Shown: positions 25,211 to 36,681 of the stretch, piece after piece
Numbering within the stretch: position 1 is the first letter of the stretch
Layout of the letters: each line of letters starts with the position of its first letter
Assembly: GCA_963789375.1 (NCBI GenBank)
Contig: CAWBKN010000007.1
Location: 36,188-100,187, forward strand
Direction of reading: 5' to 3'
DNA: 64,000 bases
From: an uncultured Gammaproteobacteria bacterium
GTDB taxonomy: Bacteria; Pseudomonadota; Gammaproteobacteria; Steroidobacterales; Steroidobacteraceae
Notes under the pieces: model-generated
Database searches by the model: none
Seen by the model: only the letters and a program-made list of their open reading frames with translations
What the model was told of the DNA's origin: nothing
Made by a program: the position numbers and the translations under genes

Positions 25211-26979
25211 ATGAAGACCCCAGCCAGACCATCCGCGATGGAATCCGCCAGCGAATCCGCCAGCGAATCCGCAAGCGTCTCCTTCGCCGACCTCGGCCTG
25301 GGCCCGCAGGTGCTCGAGGCACTGCGGGAGGTCGGCTACGAGTCGCCCTCGCCGATCCAGGCCGCCACCATCCCGGTGCTGCTCGCGGGCCGCGACATGA
25401 TCGGCCAGGCGCAGACCGGCACCGGCAAGACCGCCGCGTTCGCCCTGCCGCTGCTCAGCCACATCAAGGTCCGCACCGGCCCGCCGCAGGTCATCGTGCT
25501 GGTGCCGACGCGCGAGCTCGCGATCCAGGTGGCCGAGGCGTTCCAGAAGTACGCGTCGAAGATCAAGGGCTTCCACGTGCTGCCGATCTACGGCGGCCAG
25601 AGCTACACGCCGCAGCTGATGAGCCTGAAGCGCGGCGCGCACGTCGTGGTCGGCACGCCGGGCCGCGTGATGGACCACATCAAGCGCGGCACCCTGGACC
25701 TGGGCGGCGTCACCGCACTGGTGCTCGACGAAGCCGACGAGATGCTGCAGATGGGTTTCGTCGACGACATCGAGTGGATCCTCGAGAAGACCCCGGCGAA
25801 CCGGCAGGTCGCGCTGTTCTCGGCCACGGTGCCGAGCCCGATCCGGCGCATCGCGCAGAAGCACCTGCGCGACCCGGCCGAAGTGACGATCGCGAGCAAG
25901 ACCAGCACGGCGGCGAACATCCGCCAGCGCTACTGGATCGTCAGCGGCGTGCACAAGCTCGACGCGCTCACGCGCATCCTCGAGGCCGAGCCGTTCGACG
26001 GCATGCTGATCTTCACGCGCACCAAGCAGTCGACGGTGGAACTCGCCGAGCGGCTGGAAGCGCGCGGCTTCGCGGTGGCGGCCCTGAACGGCGACATGCA
26101 GCAGAAGGACCGCGAGCGCACGGTGACGCGACTGAAGGGCGGCCAGCTCGACATCCTCGTCGCCACCGACGTCGCCGCGCGCGGCCTCGACGTCGAGCGC
26201 ATCAGCCACGTCGTCAACTACGACGTGCCCTACGACACCGAGTCGTACGTGCACCGCATCGGCCGCACGGGCCGCGCCGGCCGCAACGGCGAGGCGATCC
26301 TGTTCATCACGCCGCGCGAGCGCAACATGCTGCGCTACATCGAGCGCGCGACCCGCTCGCCGCTCGAGCCGATGGACCTGCCGTCGGTCGCGGACGTCAA
26401 CGAACAGCGCGTGGCGCGCTTCCGCAGCCGCATCACCGAGGCGATTGCCGCCGGCGTTGCCGAACCGTTCCGCAGCCTGATCGAGGAGTTCGAACGCGAG
26501 CACGACGTGCCTGCGGTCGAGATCGCGGCTGCACTCGCGGGCCTGCTGCAGGGCGGCAGCCCGCTGCTGCTTGAAGGACAGGCCCGCCGGTTCGTCCAAT
26601 GATGGCGAATCGGTTCGTGCGCCGAAGCACGAGTCGACGCGCACGGCCGAGCGCCTGGCAGAGGAAGACACCGAGACGTTCCGCATCGAAGTCGGCTACG
26701 TGCACGGCGTGAAGCCCGGCAACATCGTCGGCGCCATCGCCAACGTCGCCGGGCTCGAGGGCCGGCAGATCGGCCACGTCGACATCCGCGAGGATCACAC
26801 GTTCGTCGGGCTGCCCAGGGGCATGCCCGATGCGACCATGGTCGAACTCGCGAAGACACGCGTCGCCGGGCGCATGCTGCTCATTGCCCAGGTCGATCAC
26901 GTGCCGCCCAAGCCGCTGCGCAAGCCGCCGAAGCGTCCGCCGCACGGGCAAGCCGCCGGCGCGCGGCAAGCGCAGCTGA
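25211..26979 (+). pseudogene. deaD: DEAD-box RNA helicase DeaD/CsdA with DbpA-type C-terminal domain; frame break near 26590 and probably a second near 26947
   Basis: Q-motif/Walker A GQAQTGTGKTAAF, DEAD (VLDEADEML), SAT, HRIGRTGRAG (ORF 25211..26602). DbpA-like RNA-binding domain FRIEVGYVHGVKPGNIVGAIANVAGLEGRQIGHVDI (ORF 26571..27107). End at TGA 26977-26979 is assumed (..KPPARGKRS). Confidence 0.82.
25241..25276 (+). repeat. Three tandem in-frame 12-nt units (GAATCCGCCAGC x2, GAATCCGCAAGC) encoding (ESAS)3 in the DeaD N-terminus
   Basis: Read directly; the protein reads MESASESASESASVSF. Confidence 0.9.
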
Positions 26980-27103
26980 CGCAGGCCCGCTGCGCCAGCC
27001 TGGCGCTTTTCGCGCTGCGCCGCAGCGCAACAGCACCAGTCGATCTGGTCCGCTTCGCGACAAGGCACGGGCATTTGCCGACCCGCGCTGTTAGTGTGCG
27101 CAG

Positions 27104-28534
27104 ATGAATGCACCTCTACCGCAGATCATCCAGGGCGGCATGGGCGTGGCGGTGTCGTCGTGGCGGCTGGCACGTGCCGTAGCCCAGCGCGGCCAGCTCG
27201 GAGTGGTCTCGGGGACCGGGCTCGACACCGTCGTCGCGCGCCGCCTGCAACTGGGCGATCCGGACGGTCACCTGCGCCAGGCCTTCGACGCGTTTCCCGT
27301 TCCCGAGATCGCAACGCGCGTGTGGAACCGGTACTACGTCGAAGGCGGCAAGGCCACGGGCGCCGCGTTCAAGTCGAAGGCGGTGCCTTCGATCAAGATG
27401 CCCTCCGCGTTGCTCGACCTGATCGTGCTGAGCAACTTCGCCGAGGTGTTCCTGGCGAAGGCGCAGCACGCCGGGCAAGTGGGCATCAACCTGCTCGAGA
27501 AGGTGCAGCTGCCCAACCTCGCCTCACTGCTCGGCGCGATGCTCGCGAAAGTGGACTACGTGCTGATGGGCGCGGGGATTCCGCGTGCCATCCCGGCCAT
27601 CCTCGATCGTTTCGCCGCAGGCGACACCGCGGAGATGGCACTCGACGTCGCCGGTGCACAGCCCGGCGAAAAGTTCTACACGCGCCTCGACCCGCGCCGC
27701 TTCTTCGGCGATGCGTTGAGCAGCCTCAAGCGGCCGGACTTCCTGGCGATCGTCTCCTCTTCGACGCTCGCGCTGACGCTGGCCCGCAAGTCGCAAGGCA
27801 AGGTCAATGGCTTCGTCGTCGAAGGGCCGACGGCCGGCGGCCACAATGCACCGCCGCGCGGGGCGATGACCCTCGACGACAAGGGCGAGCCGATCTACGG
27901 ACTGCGGGATTCACCGGACCTCGAGCAGATTCGTGCGCTCGGGCTGCCCTTCTGGATGGCCGGGTCATACGGCGGTGAGGACCGGCTGCAGCACGCCCTG
28001 TCGCTCGGTGCGAGCGGCATCCAGGTCGGCACGGCATTCGCGTTCTGCGAGGAATCGGGGTTGCCGCCGAGATCAAGGCATCGGTGTGGCGGCGAGCCGC
28101 GCAAGGTCGCGTCAGCGTGTTCACCGACCCGCTCGCCTCGCCGACCGGCTTTCCGTTCAAGGTCATGCAGGTCGAGGGCACGGTTTCCGAGCCCGACGTG
28201 TATGCCGCTCGCACGCGCATCTGCGACCTCGGTTACCTGCGCCAGAACTACCGCAAGGAAGACGGCACGCTGGGTTACCGGTGCCCGGCCGAGCCGGTCG
28301 AGGATTACGTCGACAAGGGCGGCGACTGAGGCCGACATCCACGGCCGCAAGTGCCTGTGCAACGGGCTGCTCTCGGCGGTGGATACGGGCAGGTGCGCCA
28401 CGACGGCACCCTCGAGCCGTCGATCTACACGGCCGGCGACGAAGCGACCGAAGTACAAGTTCGTGCGACCGGGCCACACGAGCTATACCGCCGACGACGT
28501 GATCGACCGGCTGCTCGGCCTGCAGCCGGCCTGA
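27104..28534 (+). pseudogene. Nitronate monooxygenase / 2-nitropropane dioxygenase family flavoprotein, about 3-4 frame breaks
   Basis: MNAPLPQIIQGGMGVAVSSWRLARAVAQRGQLGVVSG..., GFVVEGPTAGGHN, GIQVGTAFAFCEESG. Continuation ..VFTDPLASPTGFPFKVMQVEGT.. in ORF 28084..28329. C-terminus ..YTADDVIDRLLGLQPA back in frame 27104. Confidence 0.75.
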
Positions 28535-28559
28535 GCCGCGTCCGGGTCCCGCCGCCGCT

Positions 28560-30058
28560 TCAGCGGGAAGGGATCGCGGCCACCGGATCCCCGGCTTCCG
28601 GCGACTCCTTGTCCTTGATCAGCCTGCGCAGGAACGGGATCAGCAGCACCAGCACGACGCCGACGATCGTGGCGCCCCAGCCGAGCCGCGCGAACAGGCT
28701 GGCGTATTCGGGATTGGACGCGACCGCCGTGGTGCCGACGGCTCGGGAATCATCCCCGAGAAGTCGCCGGCATAGAGCGACGCCAGGCCGGTGACCAGCA
28801 TCCAGCTGCCCATCATCACGCCCTGGTACTGCCGTGGCGCGAGCTTGCCGATCATCGCGTAGCCGATCGGCGAGATGAACAGCTCGCCGACGCTCTGCAG
28901 CACGTAGCTCAGGAACAGCCAGACGAAGGCCACCTTGCCGAGGTCGTTCGCCATCGAGATGCCGACCGGCAGCACCAGGAACGCGAGCCCCATCAGCAGC
29001 AGCGCGATCGCGAACTGCTGCGGGATGTCGATGCGCCAGCCGCGCGCGCGCAGCCGCATGAACACCGCCGCCATCAGCGGACCACCGAGCACGATCACGA
29101 CGGTGTTGATGTTCTGGATCCACTGCGGCGCGACCTGCACGCCCCAGACGTACAGGTCGACGTTGTGCACGGCGAACAGCTGCAGCCCGTTCGGCGCCAT
29201 CTGGTACAGCGCCCAGAACACGAGCGAACCCAGCCCCAGGATCAGGTACGCCCACATGTTGTTGCGCTCGCGCGCGTCGCGGTGCTTGAGCGTCAGCCAG
29301 AGCAGCGTAGCCCGACGGCGAGACCGCCCAGCTTGAACAGCGTCTCGGTCGATCCGCCGCGCTGGAGCAGGAACCAGACGAGCGGCACCAGGGCGACGAG
29401 GATCGCGACACCGCACCGCATTGCGCGACCGGTACTGCCTGGAGGTCGCGAGCAGCAGCGGCGTTTCGATGTCGGCGAGTGCCTTCCAGTTGAAGGCGGC
29501 CAATACGATCGCCGCCAGGTTGCCGACCGTCGCGAACAGGAAGAGGCTGCGGTAGTCCTCGGTGAGCTGGAAATGCCCGGCGACGGCGAAGCCGACGAAG
29601 AAGCCGATGTTCATGCCGGCGTAGTTCCAGAGAAACGCCGTCTCGCGACGCACGTCCTCCGGCTTGAAGCGCTGCGTCAGCATCATGTTGATGCAGGTGA
29701 CGTTCAGGCCGCTGCCGGTCAGGAACAGCGCGAGTCCCCAGTACAGGGCCGTGAGCGTGCCGGTCGAGATCCACCCGCACCCGAGCACCTGCAGCGCCAT
29801 GCCGCCGAGGAACAAGTTGCGGTTACTCAGGAACCGGCCGCCGAGGTAGCCGCCGAACAGGTGCAGCCCGTAATTGAAGGCGCCGAACAGGCCCATGATC
29901 GCGGCCGCGTCCTTGGCCGTGAAATCGAAGTGACGCGTCGCATACAGGACCAGCGTCGAGTACAGCACCGCGAAACCGAGGGTCGCGAAGACCTGGATGA
30001 AGAACAGCGCCGCCGTGCCGTCGGGCATGCGGTTCAGCCGGGAGCGGAGGCCGGTCAT
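28560..30058 (-). pseudogene. POT/PTR2 family proton-dependent oligopeptide transporter, several frame breaks
   Basis: MTGLRSRLNRMPDGTAALFFIQVFATLGFAVLYSTLVLY...FLWNYAGMNIGFFVG (PTR2-like) in ORF 28640..30664. ..ISPIGYAMIGKLAPRQYQGVMMGSW.. and C-terminus ..IPFLRRLIKDKESPEAGDPVAAIPSR in ORF 28560..29780. Confidence 0.75.
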
Positions 30059-30120
30059 GGGGACCCTCTGTCGTGCGCCGGCACACGGCCGGCCGTGCAG
30101 GGTAGTCCCGAGTCCGCGCT

Positions 30121-32030
30121 TTATCCAGCGCCCGGGGTGGTCACGGCCGCCCGGATCTGCTCGAGCGCCGAGGGGTCCTCGATGGTCGTGAGGTCGCCGG
30201 GGTCCTCGCCGTCGCACAAGCGCCCGGATCGAGCGCCGCAGCAGCTTGCCCGAGCGCGTCTTCGGCAGCGCCGTGACGAAGTGCACCCGCGACGGCCGCG
30301 CCACCGCGCCGAGCTGGTTGTCGACGACCTTCATGACCTCGGCCTCGTGGGCGGCACGCTTCTCGGCTCGGTGTCGATCAGGCTCATGTCCTTGAGGACG
30401 GCGAAGGCCATCGCGACCTGGCCCTTCAACGCGTCGTGCACGCCGACGACCGCGACCTCGGCGACGTTCGGGTGCGACGAGATCGATTCTTCGATCTCGC
30501 GCGTGCCGAGCCGATGGCCGGCGACGTTGATGACGTCGTCCGTGCGGCCGAGGATGAAGTAGTAGCCGTCGTCGTCCTTGATGCCCCAGTCGAAAGTCGA
30601 GTAGGCATGGCGCCCCGGCACGCTCTCCCAGTAGGTCGAGACAAAGCGCTTGTCGTCGCCCCACACGGTCGTCATGCAGCCCGGGGGCAACGGGCCGTTG
30701 ATGGCGACGACGCCCTTCTGGTTGGCGCCGACCTCTTCGCCGGTGCCCGCGTCGAACAGGCGCACGTCGTAACCGTAGACCGGCACGCCCGGTGACCCGA
30801 ACTTGCCCGGCAGCGCTTCCACGCCGCGCTGGATGGCGAGGATCGGCCAGCCCGTCTCCGTCTGCCAGTAGTTGTCCACCACGGGTTTCCCGAGACCTTC
30901 GGAAATCCAGCGCGCGGTCGGCTCATCGAGCGGCTCACCCGCCAGGAACAGCGTGCGCAACGAGGAGAGGTCGTACTTCTGCAGCAACGCCGGGTCCTGC
31001 TTCTTGAGCACCCGGATCGCAGTCGGCGCCGAGAACATCGTGGTGACCTTGTACTTCTCGACGATGCTCCACCAGACCCCGCCGTCGGGGCGGATCGGCG
31101 TGCCCTCGTACAGGATCGTCGCCATGCCGGCGATCAGCGGCCCGTAGATGATGTAGCTGTGGCCGACGACCCAGCCGATGTCGCTGGTCGCGAAATAGGT
31201 CTCGCCCTTGCGGCCGCAGTAAATGAGATCCATGGAGGCGGCGAGCGCCACGGCGTAACCGCCGGTGTCGCGCTGCACGCCCTTCGGCTTGCCGGTGGTG
31301 CCGCTGGTGTAGAGGATGTAGCTCGGCTCCGAGCTCTCCAGCCACTCGCACGGCACTTCGTCGTTCATGTGCTCCGCGCGCAGCTGGCCGTAGTCGACGT
31401 CACGTCCCTCGACGCGGCTCATCGCGGCCATGCCGCGGTCGACCAGCAGCACCTTCTCGGGGGGAACCTGGACAGCCGGATCGCCTCGTCGAGCAGGTGC
31501 TTGTACGGCACCGCCTTGCCGCCGCGCGAGCCGGCGTCGGCGCTGATGATGAGCTTCGGCCTGGCATCGTCGATGCGCGTCGACAGGCTGAGCGAGGCGA
31601 ACCCGCCGAACACGACGGAGTGGATCGCACCGATGCGCGCGCACGCGAGCATGGCGAAGGCCGCTTCGGGGATCATCGGCATGTAGATCAGCACCCGGTC
31701 GCCCTTGCCCACGCCCAGCGCCCCGAGGATCCCCGCCATGCGGTTCACCTCGCGATACAGCTGCTTGAAGGTGTAGGTCTTTTCCTGCTCCGTCTCGGTC
31801 GAGACGTAGATCAGGGCCGGCGCATCGCCGAGTTCCGCCAGGTGCCGGTCGATCGCGTTGTGGCACAGGTTGGTGCGCCCGCCGACGAACCACTTCGCGA
31901 ACGGCGGCTTGGAGTATTCGAGCACCTGGGTGAACGGGGTGTGCCAGTCGATCCGTTGCGCCTGCTCGCCCCAGAAACCCGCGGGATCGCTGATTGAGAG
32001 GGCATGGTTGGCGAGGTAATTCTTGAGCAT
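30121..32030 (-). pseudogene. prpE: Propionate--CoA ligase (PrpE), several frame breaks
   Basis: Collinear with E. coli PrpE. ..FWGEQAQRIDWHTPFTQVLEYSKPPFAKWFVGGRTNLCHNAIDRHL.. (ORF 31419..32030). ..ILYTSGTTGKPKGVQRDTGGYAVAL..NVAGHRLGTREIEESISSHP.. (ORF 30331..31893). ..LPKTRSGKLLRRSIRAL + CDGEDPGDLTTIEDPSALEQIRAAV.. ends at TAA 30121. Confidence 0.85.
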
Positions 32031-32219
32031 GCCGGAATCCCCAGAAGACGGGTCAGTGGGCCTGTTTTACCCAGTCCCCGGCAAGCCGACAATCGTTCAT
32101 TGGTCGTAGCCCGCCGGCAGCTCGGGCGAGCCATCCGTATCGACTGCGTATTGCGACCCGCCGCACGACCAAGGAAAATTTGCATGATCACCGCGCCGGG
32201 ATCGCACGGAGTGCCCGAC

Positions 32220-32957
32220 ATGCCAGCCTGTTTCAGAAACGCAGTGTTGAGTCTTGGGCTATGTGTCGTCGCAAGCCCGTTGCATGCGGCCGAATGGAAG
32301 CATGAGATCGCCCCCTACCTCTGGGGCTCGTCGATGCAGGGCACCGTCGGCGTAGGCGCCCTCACGGCGGAGACGGACCTGAGCTTCTCCGACATCCTGG
32401 ACAACCTCGAATTCGGCTTCATGGGTTCGTACCGCGCCTCCACGGATCGCTACTCCATCACCATCGACGCCATCTACATGGGCCTCGGCGTGACCGAGAA
32501 AGGGCCGGGCGGCGTCCTGAAGGCCGACATAGACATGGACCAGGTCGGGCTCGAGGCCGATTTCGGCTACGCCTTGAGCGATCGATTCACTGTGCTGGCA
32601 GGCCTGCGTTACGTGGACCTCGAGACCCAGATCGAGGTCGGCGGCCCGCTCGGCAACGAAAGGTCGACCCGCGAACAGCAGAGCTGGGTGGACCCGGTCA
32701 TCGGCGCGCAATACGCATGGCCGTTCGCGGACCAGTGGTCGCTGAACCTGCGCGGTGACATCGGCGGGTTTGGCGTCGGTTCGGACTTCGCCTGGCAGGC
32801 GATTGCCACGCTGCGCTGGCAGTTCTCGCCACGCACGGGCGTTGGCCTGGCCTATCGCCATCTCGACATGGACTACGAGGACGGCAAGGGCGCCGACCGC
32901 TTCCTTTACGACGTGGCCACGTCCGGTCCCGCGCTGGGCGTCGTCTTCACGTTCTGA
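32220..32957 (+). CDS. Outer-membrane beta-barrel protein (unassigned family)
   Basis: Signal peptide MPACFRNAVLSLGLCVVASPLHA, alternating beta-strand pattern, C-terminal ..ALGVVFTF aromatic terminus. Intact. Confidence 0.65.
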   Translation: MPACFRNAVLSLGLCVVASPLHAAEWKHEIAPYLWGSSMQGTVGVGALTAETDLSFSDILDNLEFGFMGSYRASTDRYSITIDAIYMGLGVTEKGPGGVLKADIDMDQVGLEADFGYALSDRFTVLAGLRYVDLETQIEVGGPLGNERSTREQQSWVDPVIGAQYAWPFADQWSLNLRGDIGGFGVGSDFAWQAIATLRWQFSPRTGVGLAYRHLDMDYEDGKGADRFLYDVATSGPALGVVFTF

Positions 32958-33009
32958 GCGAACTTCCACTGCGGCGGCGGTCCGGTGCAACTCCGGGACC
33001 GCCGTCGCA

Positions 33010-33483
33010 TCAATGGAACGGGCCCACGCCGAACACCATGCTCACGATCGCGAAGATCCCGATCGTGAGCAACAGCAGCGCGACGACGAGCGTCAGCGAC
33101 AACGGGAACCTCGTTTCGCCGTGGATGAGCCCGTCGCGTTTCAGCTCGATGCGCAGGCGCCGCAGCTCGACCATGTAGCTCACGTGGTAGCCGATGCCCA
33201 GCGCGAGCATCAGGATGCCGAGCAGCACCAGCGCCTTGCCGAAGTTCCCGGCCGCATAGGCGCTTTCCACGACCTGCATCTCGTGCAGCTTCTGGAACAC
33301 CTGGAAGATCGTGAAGCCAAAGCCGATCAGCGACAGCGAGGTGCGCATGACCGACATCAGTGTCCGGTCGGCGGACATGCGTGTGCGGTGGAACGACATG
33401 CCGGTGCGTCGCGCCGACAGGTCGGTCGACACGTCGGTCAGCTTCGGTCTTGCAGCGGCGTCAACGTCAGGGTGGTTGTCCAT
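33010..33483 (-). CDS. DUF202 (YidH-like) membrane protein
   Basis: ..RTRMSADRTLMSVMRTSLSLIGFGFTIFQ.. matches the DUF202 R.R...ER..LAW.RT signature region. Three TM helices. Intact. Confidence 0.68.
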   Translation of the reverse strand: MDNHPDVDAAARPKLTDVSTDLSARRTGMSFHRTRMSADRTLMSVMRTSLSLIGFGFTIFQVFQKLHEMQVVESAYAAGNFGKALVLLGILMLALGIGYHVSYMVELRRLRIELKRDGLIHGETRFPLSLTLVVALLLLTIGIFAIVSMVFGVGPFH

Positions 33484-33550
33484 CGGCAGTTTCTCCGGCT
33501 AGGCACCGTGCTGCGGGCGAACTCGTGCAGCAACGCTTCCATGTCACCGC

Positions 33551-35098
33551 TCAGTGACCGGCGCCGCCGATCGCCGCCTGCATCTTCTCCAGCGCCTGGT
33601 CGATGGTGAACGACGCCGCCCGTTGCCGCGGTGGATACTCCCTGAACGTCTTCAGGAACTCCTCGACGATGCCGGAGGCGGCCGCCAGCATGTACGTCTT
33701 TCCCAGGAACCACTCGTAGTAGGTGTTCGACGTCGTGTCGGCGCGCTCCAGCGGATCCGTCCGCAGGTTGAAGAGTTTCGGCATGCGCAGCGGCACGAAG
33801 GGTTCTGCCCACACTTTCATCGTCCCCACGCAGCGCTGTTCCATGAAGACGACCTTCCAGTTGTCGAAGCGCACCGCGACCAGGTCGCCGTCGTCGTTGA
33901 AGTAGATCAGCCCCTTGCGCGGGCTGGGCATGCCCTTCTCGGTCAGGAACGGCAGCAGGTCGTAGCCGTCGATGTGCACCTTGAACCGCTTGCCAGCCGC
34001 GTCACAGCCCTTCAGCAGCTTCGCGACGATGTCGGGCTCGCCCGCCATCGCGAGGAAGGTCGGCAGCCAGTCGTGGTGCTGGACGATCTCGTTGGTGACG
34101 AAGCCCGCCGGCACCATGCCCGGCCAGCGCACCAGCAGCGGAATGCGGAACGCGCCTTCCCAGTTGGTGTTCTTTTCGCTGCGGAACGGCGTCATCGCGC
34201 CGTCAGGCCAGCTGTTCATGTGCGGCCCGTTGTCGGTGCTGTACATGACGAAGGTGTCGTCGGCGATGCCGAGCTCGTCGAGGAGATCGAGCAACTGCCC
34301 CACCTGGCGGTCGTGATCGATCATCGTGTCGTGGTACGGCGATTGCCAGCGGCCCGCCTGGCCGAGGCTCTCCGGCTTGGTGTGCGTCCGCCAGTGCATG
34401 TGAGTGGTGTTGACCCAGCAGAAGAACGGCTTGCCGGCCGCGTGCTGCCGCTTCATGAAGTCGCCGGCAGCCGCGACGAACTCGTCGTCGCAGGTTTCCA
34501 TGCGCTTGCGGGTCAGCGCACCCGTGTCTTCGATCTTCTGCTTGCCGATCCGGCCCCAGCGCGGCTGCTCCGTCGGGTCGTCCACGTCGGTCGCCCAGCA
34601 GCGCAGCACGCCACGCGGTCCATAGGCGGCCTTGAACTTCGGGAATTCCTTCGGGTCCGGATAGTCGCGATCCTCGGGCTCTTCCTCCGCGTTGAGGTGA
34701 TAGAGGTTGCCGAAGAACTCGTCGAACCCGTGCACCGTCGGCAGGTACTTGTTCATGTCGCCGAGGTGGTTCTTGCCGAACTGGCCGGTCGTGTAGCCCT
34801 GCGCCTTGAGCAGCTCGGCAATCGTCGGGTCCTCCGCCTGCAGGCCGACGTCCATGCCGGGGGCGCCGACTTTCGACAGGCCCGTGCGGAAGACGCTTTG
34901 CCCGGTGATGAACGCGGCCCGGCCGGCGGTGCAGCTCTGCTCGCCGTAGGCGTCCGTGAACAGCATGCCTTCGGCCGCGAGGCGGTCGATGTGGGGCGTG
35001 CGGTATCCCATCATGCCGCGGCTGTAGCACGAGAGATTCCAGATGCCGATGTCGTCACCCCAGATGACGAGGATGTTGGGCTTGCTTGCCTTTGCCAT
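33551..35098 (-). CDS. Arylsulfatase (formylglycine-dependent, Cys-type, motif C-T-A-G-R), no signal peptide
   Basis: MAKASKPNILVIWGDDIGIWNLSCYSRGMMGYRTPHIDRLAAEGMLFTDAYGEQSCTAGRAAFITGQ... Intact. Start at the internal Met of ORF 33551..35299. Confidence 0.9.
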   Translation of the reverse strand: MAKASKPNILVIWGDDIGIWNLSCYSRGMMGYRTPHIDRLAAEGMLFTDAYGEQSCTAGRAAFITGQSVFRTGLSKVGAPGMDVGLQAEDPTIAELLKAQGYTTGQFGKNHLGDMNKYLPTVHGFDEFFGNLYHLNAEEEPEDRDYPDPKEFPKFKAAYGPRGVLRCWATDVDDPTEQPRWGRIGKQKIEDTGALTRKRMETCDDEFVAAAGDFMKRQHAAGKPFFCWVNTTHMHWRTHTKPESLGQAGRWQSPYHDTMIDHDRQVGQLLDLLDELGIADDTFVMYSTDNGPHMNSWPDGAMTPFRSEKNTNWEGAFRIPLLVRWPGMVPAGFVTNEIVQHHDWLPTFLAMAGEPDIVAKLLKGCDAAGKRFKVHIDGYDLLPFLTEKGMPSPRKGLIYFNDDGDLVAVRFDNWKVVFMEQRCVGTMKVWAEPFVPLRMPKLFNLRTDPLERADTTSNTYYEWFLGKTYMLAAASGIVEEFLKTFREYPPRQRAASFTIDQALEKMQAAIGGAGH

Positions 35099-35154
35099 GT
35101 CAGTCTCCTTGCGCGGTGTGCCCCTGGGCTGCGCGACACTGCTACCGCCTGACC

Positions 35155-36681
35155 TCACTTGCCGGCGCCCGCACCCTGCTCGAGCTGCCGCATCACCTGG
35201 TCGATGTTGAAGCTCGCCGACTTCTGCCGTTGCGGGAACTCCTTGAACGACTGCAGGAAGTGGCCGACCAGCGCCTGCATGGGCACGAAGGCCCAGCACT
35301 TGTCCGCCATCCAGCGCGCGGCCATCGGTGACTCGGCGAAGTTCACCTGGGCCTCGAACGGGTCCATGCGCAGGTTGGTGATCTTTGGGAAGGCCTGCGG
35401 CAGAGGCGGGCCGCCGTACAGCCAGTCGCCCGGGAGTGCGAAGGTGGCCTTCCAGTCGCGCACGCGCACGGCATTGAGGTTGCCGCTGTCGTCGAAGTAG
35501 AAGATTTCCTGGCGCTGGCCGGGTTCCTTGCCCGCGAGCAGCTCGCGCTGGTCGTAACCGTCGAGGTGCACCTTGAAGGTCCTGCCGTTGGCGACGTGGC
35601 CCTGCTTGAGCTTCTCCTTCACGTCCGGCTCCCCGGCCGCGGCCAGCAGCGTCACCGCCCAGTCCTCGAGGGAGAACAGTCCGTTGATGACCGTGCCGGG
35701 CTTGACGACGCCCGGCCAGCGGACGACGGACGGAACGCGGAAGCCGCCTTCCCAGGTACCGCCCTTCTCGCCGTGGAACGGCGACGTGCCGCCGTCGGGC
35801 CAGGTGAATTTCTCGGCGCCGTTGTCGGTCGAGAACACCACGATCGTGTTATCAGCGACGCCGAGTTCGTCGAGCTTGGCCAGCAGCGCGCCGACGATGT
35901 CGTCGAGCTGCTTCATGCCGTCGGCATAGAGGCCGTAGCCCGTGCTGTTCTCGTACTTCGCACTCAGCCGCGTCCACACGTGCATGCGGGTCGAGTTGTG
36001 CCAGACGAAGAACGGCTTGCCTGCCTTGACCGCGCGCTCCATGAAGTCGAGCGAACCGGCGAGGAACTCCTCGTCCACGGTCTCCATGCGCTTGCGCGTG
36101 ATCGGGCCGGTGTCCTCGACCGTCTGCTTGCCGACCTTGCCGAAGCGCGGGTCAACCGTCGGGTCGTCGACATTCGTGGCTTTGCAGCGCAGCGCACCAC
36201 GCGGGCCGAAGCGCTGCTTGAACTTCGGTTCCTTCGGATACTGCGGGTCCTCCGGCTCCTCCTCGGCGTTCAGGTGGTAGAGGTTGCCGAAGAACTCGTC
36301 GAAGCCGTGCACCGTCGGCAGGTACTCGTTGCGGTCGCCGAGGTGGTTCTTGCCGAACTGGCCGGTGACGTAGCCGTGATTCTTGAGCAGGTCGGCGATG
36401 GTCGGGTCTTCCGGCCGCAGCCCGAGCTCAGCGCCGGGAAGCCCGACCTTCAGCAGCCCGGTGCGGAACGGGTGCTGGCCCGTGATGAACGCGGCCCGGC
36501 CGGCCGTGCAGCTCTGCTGCCCGTAGCAGTCGGTGAAGATCGCGCCCTCCGCCGCGATTCGGTCGATGTTCGGCGTGCGGCCGCCCATCATGCCGCGGTG
36601 ATAGCAGGAGAGATTCCAGATGCCGATGTCGTCACCCCAGATGACGAGGATGTTGGGCTTGGTCGATTTCGTCATGGCCAT
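35155..36681 (-). CDS. Arylsulfatase paralog (same C-T-A-G-R motif)
   Basis: MAMTKSTKPNILVIWGDDIGIWNLSCYHRGMMGGRTPNIDRIAAEGAIFTDCYGQQSCTAGRAAFITGQ... Intact 508 aa. Collinear with its neighbour. Confidence 0.9.
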   Translation of the reverse strand: MAMTKSTKPNILVIWGDDIGIWNLSCYHRGMMGGRTPNIDRIAAEGAIFTDCYGQQSCTAGRAAFITGQHPFRTGLLKVGLPGAELGLRPEDPTIADLLKNHGYVTGQFGKNHLGDRNEYLPTVHGFDEFFGNLYHLNAEEEPEDPQYPKEPKFKQRFGPRGALRCKATNVDDPTVDPRFGKVGKQTVEDTGPITRKRMETVDEEFLAGSLDFMERAVKAGKPFFVWHNSTRMHVWTRLSAKYENSTGYGLYADGMKQLDDIVGALLAKLDELGVADNTIVVFSTDNGAEKFTWPDGGTSPFHGEKGGTWEGGFRVPSVVRWPGVVKPGTVINGLFSLEDWAVTLLAAAGEPDVKEKLKQGHVANGRTFKVHLDGYDQRELLAGKEPGQRQEIFYFDDSGNLNAVRVRDWKATFALPGDWLYGGPPLPQAFPKITNLRMDPFEAQVNFAESPMAARWMADKCWAFVPMQALVGHFLQSFKEFPQRQKSASFNIDQVMRQLEQGAGAGK

